The position numbers and the translations under genes are program-made. A stretch of 50,186 nucleotides of DNA from Silvimonas sp. Lineage in GTDB: Bacteria > Pseudomonadota > Gammaproteobacteria > Burkholderiales > Chitinibacteraceae. The DNA lies in NCBI GenBank assembly GCA_030151005.1, contig JASLES010000114.1:1-50186 (forward strand), given 5' to 3'. The notes beneath the pieces are model-generated. The model did not search any database. It saw only the letters and a list, made by a program, of their open reading frames with translations, and had not been told where the DNA came from. Shown in pieces: positions 40,712 to 50,186 of this stretch. How positions within the stretch are numbered: position 1 is the first letter of the stretch; the number at the start of each line of letters is the position of its first letter.

Positions 40712-41383
40712 ATGCAGCAACACCGCGCACAGGCGTTCCTGTTCGACATGGACGGCACCCTGATTGATTCTCACATACTGGTAGAACGGGTCTGGGAGGC
40801 GTGGTGCGCGCGCTGCGATCTGAATCTGGATGACATCCGTCCGTATACGCACGGCGTACGGACAGAAGACACGGTGCGCATGGTGGCGCCACATCTGGAT
40901 GTCGCTGCAGAAGTGGCCTGGATGGAAGAAATCGAAACGGATACCACTGGTGGCATTGCGCCGGTGCCTGGCGCAGATGTGTTCCTTCAGCAGATGCCGG
41001 TGGGTCGCTGGGCCGTGGTGACCTCCGCCTCCCGGCCGGTACTGGATGCCCGCTTTGCCGCGTGCAATATGCAATTACCGGACGTGGTGGTGACGTCTGA
41101 AGAGGTTGAGCGTGGCAAACCCGCGCCTGATCCTTATTTGCTGGCGGCAAAACGGCTGGGCGTAGATCCCGCACTATGCATTGTGTTTGAAGATGCGCCA
41201 GCCGGCATGGCCTCGGCGCTGGCCGCCGGGTGCAAGGTGGTGCTGGTCGGGGATTTCATCTCGGACGAACCTGGCGTCATTGGCCATATCACAGACTTTG
41301 CTCAGCTTGAGTTCTCCGTCGATGGCGATTTGCTGTTGAGCGCGCCGGCACCCTTGCTCAAAGGCCTGCGCGCCATCGCATAA
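40712..41383 (+). CDS. HAD-superfamily sugar phosphatase (YfbT/HxpA-like)
   Basis: FDMDGTL, VVTSA, GKPAPDPY and FEDAPAG; GAGG SD. Confidence 0.9.
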   Translation: MQQHRAQAFLFDMDGTLIDSHILVERVWEAWCARCDLNLDDIRPYTHGVRTEDTVRMVAPHLDVAAEVAWMEEIETDTTGGIAPVPGADVFLQQMPVGRWAVVTSASRPVLDARFAACNMQLPDVVVTSEEVERGKPAPDPYLLAAKRLGVDPALCIVFEDAPAGMASALAAGCKVVLVGDFISDEPGVIGHITDFAQLEFSVDGDLLLSAPAPLLKGLRAIA

Positions 41384-41462
41384 AGACGACCCGGCAACCG
41401 GGTGCGGGCACCTGGGCGATTGGTCCTGCACGCCCGTTATCAGCGGCACTCCATGATGAGGG

Positions 41463-41468
41463 TATAAT
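41463..41468 (+). promoter_or_regulatory. Putative -10 box of cysM
   Basis: TATAAT 22 nt upstream of the ATG, followed by a GGAG SD. Confidence 0.45.
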
Positions 41469-41490
41469 TGCCCGATCACTGGAGTGCTGC

Positions 41491-42369
41491 ATGTTCAAAT
41501 ATCTAGAAGATTTCGTCGGGAATACGCCGCTGGTCCGGCTCAAACGCCTGCCAGGCAAGACCTGCAATGTCGTGCTTGTGAAGCTGGAAGGCAATAACCC
41601 GGCCGGCTCGGTGAAAGACCGTCCGGCTTTGTCCATGATCCGCCACGCGCAAGAACGCGGCACCATCAAACCTGGCGATCGCCTGATCGAAGCAACCTCT
41701 GGCAATACCGGTATTGCACTTGCCATGGCCGCCGCCATGATGGGTTACCGCATGACGCTGATCATGGCTAAAAGCTCCAGCGTCGAACGCGTGCAGACCA
41801 TGAAGGCGTTTGGCGCCGAAGTCATCCTGGCCGAATCCATGGAAGGCTCACGCGATCTGGCGGCAGAGATGGTGGCAAAAGGCGAAGGTGTCATGCTCGA
41901 TCAGTTTGCCAATCCGGATAACCCGTTGGCGCATTACGAGACCACCGGCCCGGAAATCTGGCGCGATACCGACGGCAAGATCACCCATTTTGTGTCCAGC
42001 ATGGGCACCACCGGCACGGTGATGGGCACGCAGCGTTACCTGAAAGAGCAAAACAAGGGCATCCAGATTGTGGGCGTACAGCCCACGGACGGCGCCTCCA
42101 TTGCCGGCATCCGCAAATGGCCGGCCGAATACGTGCCCGCCATCTGCGACTGGAGCAAGCTGGATCGCGTGATGGAAGTCACCCAGCTTGAAGCCGAAGA
42201 AATGACACGGCGACTGGCGCGTGAAGAAGGTATTTTTGCCGGTGTTTCGTCAGGTGGCGCGCTGGCAGCGGCACTCCGACTCTCGGCCGAGGTCGAAAAC
42301 GCGGTGATCGTCTCGATTGTGTGCGATCGAGGCGATCGTTATCTCTCTACCGGGGTGTTCCCCGCATGA
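41491..42369 (+). CDS. cysM: Cysteine synthase B
   Basis: KLEGNNPAGSVKDR, TSGNTG, MGTTGT, GIRKW and DRGDRYLS. Confidence 0.95.
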   Translation: MFKYLEDFVGNTPLVRLKRLPGKTCNVVLVKLEGNNPAGSVKDRPALSMIRHAQERGTIKPGDRLIEATSGNTGIALAMAAAMMGYRMTLIMAKSSSVERVQTMKAFGAEVILAESMEGSRDLAAEMVAKGEGVMLDQFANPDNPLAHYETTGPEIWRDTDGKITHFVSSMGTTGTVMGTQRYLKEQNKGIQIVGVQPTDGASIAGIRKWPAEYVPAICDWSKLDRVMEVTQLEAEEMTRRLAREEGIFAGVSSGGALAAALRLSAEVENAVIVSIVCDRGDRYLSTGVFPA

Positions 42370-42403
42370 TGAGCGACATCAGCGTGTACGAGAAGGAGGT
42401 GTG

Positions 42404-43249
42404 ATGGTCCCGGTTGATCTGCATTGTCACTCCAATTTCTCGGATGGCCTCTTGCCGCCCAAAGAAGTTGCCCGCAAAGCGGCCGAGCGCGGCTGCAAAC
42501 TGTTTGCATTAACTGACCACGACGATACGCGCGGCCTGGCACAGGCTGCAGAAGAAGCTGCCAGCCACGGCATGCGTTTTCTCAATGGCGTGGAGGTCTC
42601 CGCCAGTTGGGGCAAATACACGTTGCATATCGTCGGGCTGGATGTTGATCCGGCCAACCCGGAGCTGGTGGCGGGGCTTGCCAGTGTGCGCGCCGGGCGT
42701 GATGCGCGGGCGCAGGCAATGAGTGATTCACTGGCGCGGGTCGGGCTGGACAATGTCCTGGCCGGCGCCCGCAAATATGCTGAAAACCCGGAAATGATCA
42801 GTCGCACGCACTTTGCGCGGTATCTGGTGGAAATTGGTGCGGCCAAAGATACCAAATCGGTATTCAAGAAGTTTCTGGTGCGCGGCAAACCGGGGTATGT
42901 GGACCATGAATGGGCCCGCATGCACGAGGCCATTGAGTGGATACGCGCCGCAGGTGGCGTGGCGGTGCTGGCGCACCCGGGGCGCTATGAAATGGGCAAC
43001 GAAACCATGCGCGTACTGTTGACCGAGTTCCGCCGTTTGGGCGGCGAGGCCATTGAAGTGGTCTCGGGCAGTCACGGTGCAGCAGAAGTGGGGCGCTTTG
43101 GACGCCTGGCGCAAGAGTTTGGCTTTCTGGCCTCCTGCGGCACGGATTACCACGCGACCGGTGAAGGTGCGCGAGAGCCCGGCTTGAACCCGGATCTGCC
43201 GATCGGTTGCGTGCCGGTGTGGGCGCGCTGGTTGCCGGAGGCTGCATGA
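42404..43249 (+). CDS. PHP-domain phosphoesterase/nuclease (YciV/TrpH family)
   Basis: DLHCHS..SDG, LTDHD, LAHPGRY and GTDYH; AAGGAGGT SD. Confidence 0.9.
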   Translation: MVPVDLHCHSNFSDGLLPPKEVARKAAERGCKLFALTDHDDTRGLAQAAEEAASHGMRFLNGVEVSASWGKYTLHIVGLDVDPANPELVAGLASVRAGRDARAQAMSDSLARVGLDNVLAGARKYAENPEMISRTHFARYLVEIGAAKDTKSVFKKFLVRGKPGYVDHEWARMHEAIEWIRAAGGVAVLAHPGRYEMGNETMRVLLTEFRRLGGEAIEVVSGSHGAAEVGRFGRLAQEFGFLASCGTDYHATGEGAREPGLNPDLPIGCVPVWARWLPEAA

Positions 43250-43776
43250 GCGCGGTGGTGCTGTATGCGGCCATCTCGCTGGATGGCAAGCTGGCCCGGT
43301 CAGATGGTGCGCTGGACTGGCTGCCGCAAATCCAGCCCGAGGGGGACGATTACGGCTATGGCGAGTTTTACGCCGGGGTCGACGCCCTGGTCATGGGGCG
43401 CAAAACCTTTGACCAGGTGCTCACCTTTGGCTCCTGGCCGCATGCAGACCGCCCATGCTACGTATTCAGCCATCACACCTTGCCTACACTACCTATTTCC
43501 AGCCCCATCCAGCGTGTTTGCGAGCCCGTACCAGACTGGCTGGAACGCATGGACCGCGCAGGTTTTGAGCGCATCTGGCTGGTGGGTGGCGGGCAGTTGG
43601 CCGCAGACTTCTTCACCGCCGGGCGCGTTGACGAGCTGATCCTGACGCTGGTGCCTGAAGTCTTGGGCGAGGGGATCGATCTGTTTGCCGGCCCGGCTGC
43701 GTCGTCCTGGCAACTTGTACAACAGCAAAGTCTCGCTCACGGGCTGATCCAGTTACACTACCAGCGCAAAAGCTGA
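43246..43776 (+). CDS. Dihydrofolate reductase-like (RibD C-terminal domain) protein
   Basis: AISLDG, MGRKTF, IWLVGGG and DEL...P..LGEG..LF; ATGA overlap with the PHP gene. Confidence 0.88.
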   Translation: MSAVVLYAAISLDGKLARSDGALDWLPQIQPEGDDYGYGEFYAGVDALVMGRKTFDQVLTFGSWPHADRPCYVFSHHTLPTLPISSPIQRVCEPVPDWLERMDRAGFERIWLVGGGQLAADFFTAGRVDELILTLVPEVLGEGIDLFAGPAASSWQLVQQQSLAHGLIQLHYQRKS

Positions 43777-43812
43777 CTTGCGCCGCTGGCACCCCGACCT
43801 CACATTGCATAC

Positions 43813-44436
43813 ATGGCCCAATTCTTTTCAGTACACCCGGAAAACCCGCAACCCCGCCTGATCAAGCAAGCCGCCGACATTGTGCGCAAGGGCGGTCTGA
43901 TCGCGTACCCGACAGACTCTTGCTATGCACTAGGCTGCCGGCTGGATGACAAGGATGCGCTCGAGCGCATCCGTCGCATCCGCCAACTGGATGACAAGCA
44001 CCATTTCACGCTGGTCTGTCACGATCTGTCGCAGCTGGGTACGTACGCGCGCGTTGATAACCGGACCTACCGCATGCTCAAGAGTGCGACGCCGGGGAGT
44101 TACACCTTCATCCTGCAAGCCACCAAAGAAACCCCGCGCCGGGTATGGAATCCCAAAAAGCAAACGATCGGGTTGCGGGTGCCTCAGCATCCGGTGGCAT
44201 TGGCTTTGCTTGAAGAAATGGGCGAGCCGTTGTTGTCGTCCACGCTGATTTTGCCGGGTGACGAATTTGCGCTGACGGATGTCTGGGATATCCGGGACCG
44301 GCTGCAACATGATGTTGATCTGGTCATTGATGGCGGTTACTGCGGGATTGAACCTTCCACCGTGGTGGACCTCTCTGGTGAAACACCCGTGGTATTGCGG
44401 GTGGGTCAGGGCGATCCGGCCCCGTTTGGGGGCTGA
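43813..44436 (+). CDS. yciO: YciO/Sua5-family L-threonylcarbamoyladenylate synthase-like protein
   Basis: HPENPQ, YPTDSCYALGC, PGSYTFIL, IGLRVP and STVVDL. Confidence 0.9.
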   Translation: MAQFFSVHPENPQPRLIKQAADIVRKGGLIAYPTDSCYALGCRLDDKDALERIRRIRQLDDKHHFTLVCHDLSQLGTYARVDNRTYRMLKSATPGSYTFILQATKETPRRVWNPKKQTIGLRVPQHPVALALLEEMGEPLLSSTLILPGDEFALTDVWDIRDRLQHDVDLVIDGGYCGIEPSTVVDLSGETPVVLRVGQGDPAPFGG

Positions 44437-44571
44437 CCGATACGCTACGGGTGCATCGCCGCAGGTGTGCGATGATGTGGCGCTGCGCTGCAAAACACAG
44501 TACAAAATACGGCAAATGCACGTCATGCCGCCAGTGCGACAGCGCTGGCGCACTTAACCGGTCAGGGCTTC

Positions 44572-45228
44572 ATGGACATTTCTTCTTTTATTCAGAACAT
44601 CTGCATTTATGCGTTGCCGGTGTTGTTTGCAATCACGCTGCATGAGGCAGCACATGCTTATGCAGCGCGCCATTTTGGTGACCCCACGGCATATTTGATG
44701 GGGCGCATGACGCTGAACCCGATCAAGCACATCGACCCGCTCGGCACCATTGCCTTGCCGCTCTTGTGCCTGTTATTGCCAGGCAGTTTTCTGTTTGGCT
44801 GGGCCAAGCCGGTACCGGTTAATTTTGGCGATTTGCGCAACCCCAAAAGAGACATGCGCTGGGTAGCGTTAGCCGGCCCGGCCGCCAATTTGATCATGAT
44901 GTTGCTGTGGACGCTGGTGCTGGGCATTTTGCTGCACGCGGCAGAGGGGGATTTTGTCTACCCGTTGCGGCAAATGGCGCAGGCCGGTGTGCAGATCAAC
45001 ATCGTGTTGATGATCCTGAACCTGATCCCGATTCCGCCGCTGGATGGCGGCCGCGTGCTGATTTCGCTGTTGCCTGACAGCGCTGCGCGCAAAGTAGCCC
45101 GGATTGAGCCCTATGGCATGATCGTGTTGCTGGTGCTGATGTTCACCAAGGTGCTCTTTGTCATCATGGTGCCGTTTATTGGTGTCTTCTATCTGCTCGT
45201 CAACACAATCCTGCGTCTGTTTGCCTGA
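44572..45228 (+). CDS. Site-2 protease (M50) family membrane protein
   Basis: HEAAH, GWAKPVPV, AGPAAN and NLIPIPPLDGG. Confidence 0.92.
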   Translation: MDISSFIQNICIYALPVLFAITLHEAAHAYAARHFGDPTAYLMGRMTLNPIKHIDPLGTIALPLLCLLLPGSFLFGWAKPVPVNFGDLRNPKRDMRWVALAGPAANLIMMLLWTLVLGILLHAAEGDFVYPLRQMAQAGVQINIVLMILNLIPIPPLDGGRVLISLLPDSAARKVARIEPYGMIVLLVLMFTKVLFVIMVPFIGVFYLLVNTILRLFA

Positions 45229-45289
45229 TTTTTGCCACAGTGCGCAGAAACAGCTAATAATAAAACCACTTTGAATTCAAGGATTTGAA

Positions 45290-46492
45290 ATGTTTCCCGA
45301 TCGTGTTCTGTCTGGCATGCGCCCGACCGGCAAGCTGCACCTGGGGCACTACCATGGCGTGCTCAAGAACTGGGTCAGACTGCAAAGCGAATACGAATGC
45401 TTTTTTATGGTGGCAGACCTGCATGCGCTGACCACCGCGTATGACGATGTGTCCGTCATTGAAAAAAGCGTTTGGGATATGGTGATCGACTGGATCGCCG
45501 CCGGGGTAGACCCCGCACAAGCCACCATTTTTATCCAGAGCCGGGTGCCGGAACACGCAGAACTGCATCTGCTGCTCTCCATGATTACGCCGCTGCCGTG
45601 GCTGGAGCGGGTTCCCACCTACAAGGACCAGATTGAAAAACTGGCCAGCAAGGACTTGGGCACTTACGGCTTTCTGGGTTACCCCTTGCTGCAATCGGCC
45701 GACATTCTGTTGTACCGCGGTACCTTGGTGCCGGTGGGTGAAGATCAGGTTCCGCACGTGGAAATCACCCGGGAAATTGCGCGCCGCTTCAATCACATGT
45801 TTGGCAAAGAACCCAATTTTGCCGAAAAGGCCGAAGCCGCCATCAAGAAAATGGGCGGCAAAAAAGGCAAACTTTACGAAGAATTGCGCACGCGCTACCA
45901 GCAAGAGGGCGATGTAGAAGCCCTGGAATCTGCCCGCGCCATGCTGGCCGACACACAAAACCTGAGCCACGGCGACCGTGAGCGCTTGTTCGGCTTTCTG
46001 GAAGGCGGCGGCAAAATGATCTTGCCGGAATCCCAGCCGCTGTTGACTTCGGCCTCCCGCATGCCTGGGCTGGATGGGGCCAAGATGTCCAAGTCTTATG
46101 GCAATACCATCAGCCTGCGCGAAGACCCGGAAACCGTCACCCGTAAAATCCGCCAGATGCCGACAGACCCGGCCCGTGTGCGCCGGACCGACGTGGGTAA
46201 TCCGGAAAAATGCCCGGTATGGCAGCTGCATCAGGTGTACTCGACCGACGATACCCGTGACTGGGTGGTGCAGGGCTGTACCACGGCCGGTATCGGCTGT
46301 ATTGAGTGCAAACAGCCGGTGATTGATGGCGTGCTGGCCGAGCAAAAACCCATGTTTGAGCGTGCGCAACCGTATCTGGAAGACCCGACGCTGGTCCGCA
46401 ACCTGGTCGCAGATGGTTGCGAGCGTGCGCGTGACCTGGCGCGTGAGACCATGCGGGATGTACGTGAAGCCATGGGCCTGGCGTACGACTGA
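45290..46492 (+). CDS. trpS: Tryptophan--tRNA ligase
   Basis: SGMRPTGKLHLGH, YPLLQSADIL, VPVGEDQ and KMSKS. Confidence 0.97.
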   Translation: MFPDRVLSGMRPTGKLHLGHYHGVLKNWVRLQSEYECFFMVADLHALTTAYDDVSVIEKSVWDMVIDWIAAGVDPAQATIFIQSRVPEHAELHLLLSMITPLPWLERVPTYKDQIEKLASKDLGTYGFLGYPLLQSADILLYRGTLVPVGEDQVPHVEITREIARRFNHMFGKEPNFAEKAEAAIKKMGGKKGKLYEELRTRYQQEGDVEALESARAMLADTQNLSHGDRERLFGFLEGGGKMILPESQPLLTSASRMPGLDGAKMSKSYGNTISLREDPETVTRKIRQMPTDPARVRRTDVGNPEKCPVWQLHQVYSTDDTRDWVVQGCTTAGIGCIECKQPVIDGVLAEQKPMFERAQPYLEDPTLVRNLVADGCERARDLARETMRDVREAMGLAYD

Positions 46493-46516
46493 TTGCTCAC
46501 CGGCGCTGGCCTGCTC

Positions 46517-47392
46517 ATGAACACTGTTGTTCCTCCTGAAACCACCGTTGCCCTTGACCCCGCTACCGCTGTAGCGGCCGAGGCCGCGGTGCTGGCGCAC
46601 GTCTTTGGCGAGGCCGTTACCGAGTACCCGCAAGATTTGTACATCCCGCCGGATGCCTTGCGCGTCCTGCTGGATGCGTTTGAAGGGCCGCTGGATCTGT
46701 TGCTCTACCTGATCCGCAAACAGAACATTGATATCCTTGATATTCCGATGGCGCGGGTGACGGCGCAGTACATGGAATACGTCGACGTCATGCGGGTGGA
46801 CCGGCTGGAACTGGCTGCCGAGTACCTCTTGATGGCGGCCATGCTGATCGAGATCAAATCCCGCTTGCTGCTACCCAAGCCGGCTGCAGAGGGCGAGGGC
46901 GAAGAGATTGACCCGCGCGCTGAACTGGTACGCCGCTTGCTGGAATACGAACAAGTCAAACTGGCCGCGTATGAACTCGACCAGTTGCCGCAAGCCGGGC
47001 GAGACTTTCAACTGGTCACCGTGCTCTTTGAAAAAGACATGGTGGTGCGCTTGCCTGATGTGCGTCCGGAAGACCTGAAAACGGCCTGGCTGGCGATTCT
47101 GGCGCGCGCCAAACGCAATAAGAGCCATACCGTCAAACCGGATGAACTCTCGGTGCGCGAGCAAATGACGCATATTCTCAAGCTGCTGCAAGATGGCCGT
47201 TATGCCCGCTTTGAAAGCCTGTTTGACACCACGCGCGGGGTGCCCTTGCTGGTCGTCACGTTTATTGCGGTGCTGGAACTGGTGAAAGAAAAATATATTC
47301 ACGTAAATCAGGACGAAGGTTTTGCGCCAATTTACGTTTGTCTTGCCGGCGCATCACCCGCCGACGTCATGCCCTTGCCACCTGAAGCCTGA
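46517..47392 (+). CDS. scpA: Segregation/condensation protein A (SMC kleisin)
   Basis: [26 protein letters not shown] and F.AVLEL; start uncertain (46493-46517). Confidence 0.92.
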   Translation: MNTVVPPETTVALDPATAVAAEAAVLAHVFGEAVTEYPQDLYIPPDALRVLLDAFEGPLDLLLYLIRKQNIDILDIPMARVTAQYMEYVDVMRVDRLELAAEYLLMAAMLIEIKSRLLLPKPAAEGEGEEIDPRAELVRRLLEYEQVKLAAYELDQLPQAGRDFQLVTVLFEKDMVVRLPDVRPEDLKTAWLAILARAKRNKSHTVKPDELSVREQMTHILKLLQDGRYARFESLFDTTRGVPLLVVTFIAVLELVKEKYIHVNQDEGFAPIYVCLAGASPADVMPLPPEA

Positions 47393-47397
47393 ATGCG

Positions 47398-47979
47398 ATG
47401 AGTGCGCCTGAAACCGAAGCCGGTCTGTACGATCGGGCCCATATGCAAAAGGTCCTGGAAACTGCCTTGCTGGTGGCTCCGGAGCCATTGTCCCTCAATA
47501 CCCTTAAAACACTGTTTGCCGAGGATATCTCCGGCCAGTTGATCAACAGTTTGCTGGAGGATATCCAGCAATCCTGGCATGGCCGTGGCGTGGAACTCAT
47601 CAAGTTGGCATCGGGTTGGCGGTTTCGGGCGCGGCTGGAAATGCAGCCCTATCTGGAACGGCTGAATCCGGAAAAGCCCCCGCGCTATTCCCGCGCGGTG
47701 ATGGAAACGCTGGCCATTGTTGCCTACAAACAGCCGGTAACCCGCGGTGATATTGAAGAAATTCGTGGTGTAACGGTCTCCAGCCAGATCATCCAGACCC
47801 TGAAAGAGCGCGGTTGGCTGGACGTGATCGGCCATAAGGAAGTCCCCGGTCGCCCCGAGTTGCTGGGTACGACACGCCAGTTTCTGGATGATCTGGGGCT
47901 AGCCAGCCTGTCCACACTGCCGCCCCTGCAAGAACTGGGTAACCTTGTTTTGCCGGAAGCGGATTCTGCCCAGTCCTGA
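47398..47979 (+). CDS. scpB: SMC-Scp complex subunit ScpB
   Basis: [26 protein letters not shown] and TT..FL..LGL. Confidence 0.95.
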   Translation: MSAPETEAGLYDRAHMQKVLETALLVAPEPLSLNTLKTLFAEDISGQLINSLLEDIQQSWHGRGVELIKLASGWRFRARLEMQPYLERLNPEKPPRYSRAVMETLAIVAYKQPVTRGDIEEIRGVTVSSQIIQTLKERGWLDVIGHKEVPGRPELLGTTRQFLDDLGLASLSTLPPLQELGNLVLPEADSAQS

Positions 47980-47992
47980 TTCTGCGGCGCTC

Positions 47993-48001
47993 TGTTAAAA
48001 T
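47993..48001 (+). promoter_or_regulatory. Putative extended -10 promoter of cysS
   Basis: TG-t-TAAAAT 30 nt upstream of the ATG. Confidence 0.5.
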
Positions 48002-48031
48002 GCCCCCTTTGCCCCTCACTTTGGTTAAACC

Positions 48032-49402
48032 ATGTTGAACGTCTATAACACGCTCGCCCGCGAGAAACAGGAATTCGTACCCATCACCCCAGGCCTTGTG
48101 AAGATGTATGTCTGTGGCATGACGGTGTACGACTACTGTCACCTCGGCCACGGTCGTGTGATGGTGGTGTTCGATATGGTGTCCCGCTGGCTCAAAACCA
48201 GCGGCTATGAAGTCGACTACGTCCGCAACATCACCGACATTGATGACAAGATCATCAAGCGCGCCAATGAAAACGGTGAAACGATTGGCGAGTTGACTGC
48301 GCGCTTTATCGACGCCATGAACCAGGATGCCGACGCATTGGGCGTGCAGCGCCCGACGCATGCCCCCAAGGCAACGGAACATGTGGACGGCATGCTCAAT
48401 ATCATCGGCACGCTGGTCAACAAGGGCCTGGCCTATCCGGCACCCAATGGCGACGTATATTACGCCGTGGGCAAATTTCCCGGTTATGGCAAGCTTTCCG
48501 GTAAGTCGCTGGATGACCTGCGCGCTGGCGAGCGGGTTGAGGTCGACCCCAACAAGCAACACCCGATGGACTTTGTCTTGTGGAAGGCCGCCAAGCCGGG
48601 TGAACCGGCATGGCCGTCGTTGTGGGGCGCGGGCCGTCCTGGCTGGCATATTGAATGTTCGGCCATGAGTTGCCATCACCTCGGGGAACATTTTGACATT
48701 CATGGCGGCGGCGAAGACCTGCAGTTTCCGCACCATGAAAACGAAATCGCCCAGTCTGAAGGTGCGCACGATCACAAGTATGTGAACTACTGGCTGCACA
48801 ACGGCTTTATCCGGGTGGATGACGAGAAAATGTCCAAGTCTTTGGGCAATTTCTTCACCATTCGCGACATCCTGCAAAAGTACGATGCGGAAGTGGTGCG
48901 CTTTTTCATCTTGCGCGCGCACTACCGCTCGCCGCTGAACTACAGCGATGCGCATCTGGACGATGCCAGAAACTCGCTCAACCGCCTGTACACCACGCTG
49001 AAGAACGTGGCGCCGGCTCAGGTCACGCTGGACTGGTCGCAAGGCTACGCCGCACGTTTCAAGGCCGCGATGGACGATGACTTTGGCACTACCGAGGCCG
49101 TTGCCGTGTTGTTTGAACTGGCGCACGAAGCCAACAAGCAACAATCGGCGCAACTGGCCGGCGAGTTGAAAGCGCTGGCAGGTGTGCTGGGGTTGCTGGA
49201 GCGGGATGCCCAAACGTATCTGCAAGCAGGTTCGCAAGAGGGCGAACTGACTGCGACGGCGATTGATGACCTGATCGCCCAGCGCAAAGCCGCGCGTGCA
49301 GCCAGGAACTTTGCCGAGTCTGATCGTATTCGTGATCTGCTGACGGCAGGCGGTGTCGTACTGGAAGACGGCCCGCAAGGGACGACCTGGCGCCGCGCCT
49401 GA
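48032..49402 (+). CDS. cysS: Cysteine--tRNA ligase
   Basis: [29 protein letters not shown] and KMSKS. Confidence 0.98.
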   Translation: MLNVYNTLAREKQEFVPITPGLVKMYVCGMTVYDYCHLGHGRVMVVFDMVSRWLKTSGYEVDYVRNITDIDDKIIKRANENGETIGELTARFIDAMNQDADALGVQRPTHAPKATEHVDGMLNIIGTLVNKGLAYPAPNGDVYYAVGKFPGYGKLSGKSLDDLRAGERVEVDPNKQHPMDFVLWKAAKPGEPAWPSLWGAGRPGWHIECSAMSCHHLGEHFDIHGGGEDLQFPHHENEIAQSEGAHDHKYVNYWLHNGFIRVDDEKMSKSLGNFFTIRDILQKYDAEVVRFFILRAHYRSPLNYSDAHLDDARNSLNRLYTTLKNVAPAQVTLDWSQGYAARFKAAMDDDFGTTEAVAVLFELAHEANKQQSAQLAGELKALAGVLGLLERDAQTYLQAGSQEGELTATAIDDLIAQRKAARAARNFAESDRIRDLLTAGGVVLEDGPQGTTWRRA

Positions 49403-49419
49403 TCTGCTATTGCCCTATC

Positions 49420-49449
49420 AAAAAGCCGACCCCTTGGGTCGGCTTTTTT
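49420..49449 (+). terminator. Rho-independent terminator after cysS
   Basis: AAAAAGCCGACCC-ctt-GGGTCGGCTTTTTT. Confidence 0.85.
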
Positions 49450-49600
49450 CATGGCTGCGCTGGAGGCATTTCAGGCCTGGTTGGTGTTTTTCTGCTATTT
49501 CAAACGCCAGGCCAGGGGAAAACCAGGGCACGCTGCCACAGGGCCCTTCGGGATAATGGATGGCATCCTAAACCGTCGGCCAGAATACACAGGAGCAAAC

Positions 49601-50186
49601 ATGCTGGAAGTGATTGCGCACGAAGGGGATATCCGCGAACTACGCCTGGCGCGCCCGCCGGTCAACGCACTGGGCCCGGATTTGCTGCGCGCGCTACGGC
49701 AGCAGTTGCAAGTTGCCGTGGATGACGATGTGGCGGGGGTCGTGCTGTCTGGTGCGCCGGGCATGTTCTCTGCCGGGCTGGATGTGCCATCTTTACTCAA
49801 GCTTGACTGCACCGGGTTAACCGCGGCAATGGATGATTTCTTTGGTCTGTTTGCTGCATTGGCGGCCAGCCCGGTGCCGGTGGTCTCGGCCATTACCGGC
49901 CATAGCCCGGCTGGCGGTGCGGTGTTATCCATTTTTTGCGACTACCGCATCATGGCAGAAGGCGAGTTTCGTATCGGGCTTAACGAGGTACAAGTCGGGT
50001 TGGTCGCGCCAGAATGCGTGCAAAACGCCCTGCGTCGGTTAGTGGGCGATTATCGGGCCGAACGCCTGCTGGTGGCTGGCAGCATGATCACGGCCAGCGA
50101 GGCGCTGGCCTTTGGCATGGTCGATGAACTCAAGCCGGTGGCGGAGGTGATCCCGGCTGCGGTTGCCTGGTTACAGTTACTTGGCC
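49601..50186 (+). CDS. Enoyl-CoA hydratase/isomerase family protein (runs off the window end)
   Basis: Not in the ORF track. AGGAG SD; my translation gives MLEVIAHEGDIRELRLARPPVNAL...FSAGLD...GHSPAGG...CDYRIM...IGLNE, the crotonase motifs. Confidence 0.9.
   Translation, partial: MLEVIAHEGDIRELRLARPPVNALGPDLLRALRQQLQVAVDDDVAGVVLSGAPGMFSAGLDVPSLLKLDCTGLTAAMDDFFGLFAALAASPVPVVSAITGHSPAGGAVLSIFCDYRIMAEGEFRIGLNEVQVGLVAPECVQNALRRLVGDYRAERLLVAGSMITASEALAFGMVDELKPVAEVIPAAVAWLQLLG

Noticed and set aside
44437..44571. Short hairpins in the yciO to site-2 protease gap (similar ones at 4406-4429 and 49475-49513)
   Set aside because: Short GC stems are expected by chance; no U-tract, repetition or recognisable RNA motif.
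46517..47979. scpAB without smc as a possible Wadjet/Mks-type defence system
   Set aside because: Typical housekeeping ScpA/ScpB after trpS; smc is commonly encoded elsewhere.

Overview
A 50-kb, GC-rich, densely coding chromosomal segment of a Betaproteobacterium. Gene order and protein style suggest a Chromobacterium/Chitinibacter-like Neisseriales member; this is an inference. I saw no rRNA, tRNA, CRISPR array, IS or prophage. Contents in order: (1) 5' end of selO, then ybaK, a PduO-type adenosyltransferase and an ArnT-like glycosyltransferase. (2) A convergent Burkholderia-style L-Ara4N lipid A modification operon with split ArnA, no arnD, and a PmrA-like box in its promoter. (3) smr and trxB. 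(4) A four-gene MCE/ABC transporter whose ATPase subunit has lost all catalytic motifs. (5) The conserved rpsB-tsf-pyrH-frr-uppS-cdsA-dxr-rseP-bamA-skp-lpxD-fabZ-lpxA-lpxB-rnhB cluster. (6) An orphan motAB stator operon coupled to a membrane-anchored FAM173-like methyltransferase and an HDOD protein, followed by a TrmH-family methylase and a probable atypical PilZ protein. (7) ung, a ROK kinase plus GH9 cassette, hldD, an AraC/HAD pair, cysM, yciV, a RibD-C protein, yciO, a site-2 protease, trpS (with a 4Fe-4S motif), scpAB, cysS and a partial enoyl-CoA hydratase. The best candidates for undescribed systems are the pseudo-ATPase MCE transporter (11643-14844) and the motAB-methyltransferase-HDOD(-PilZ) module (29839-35228). 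All family calls come from motif recognition by eye, not from database searches.
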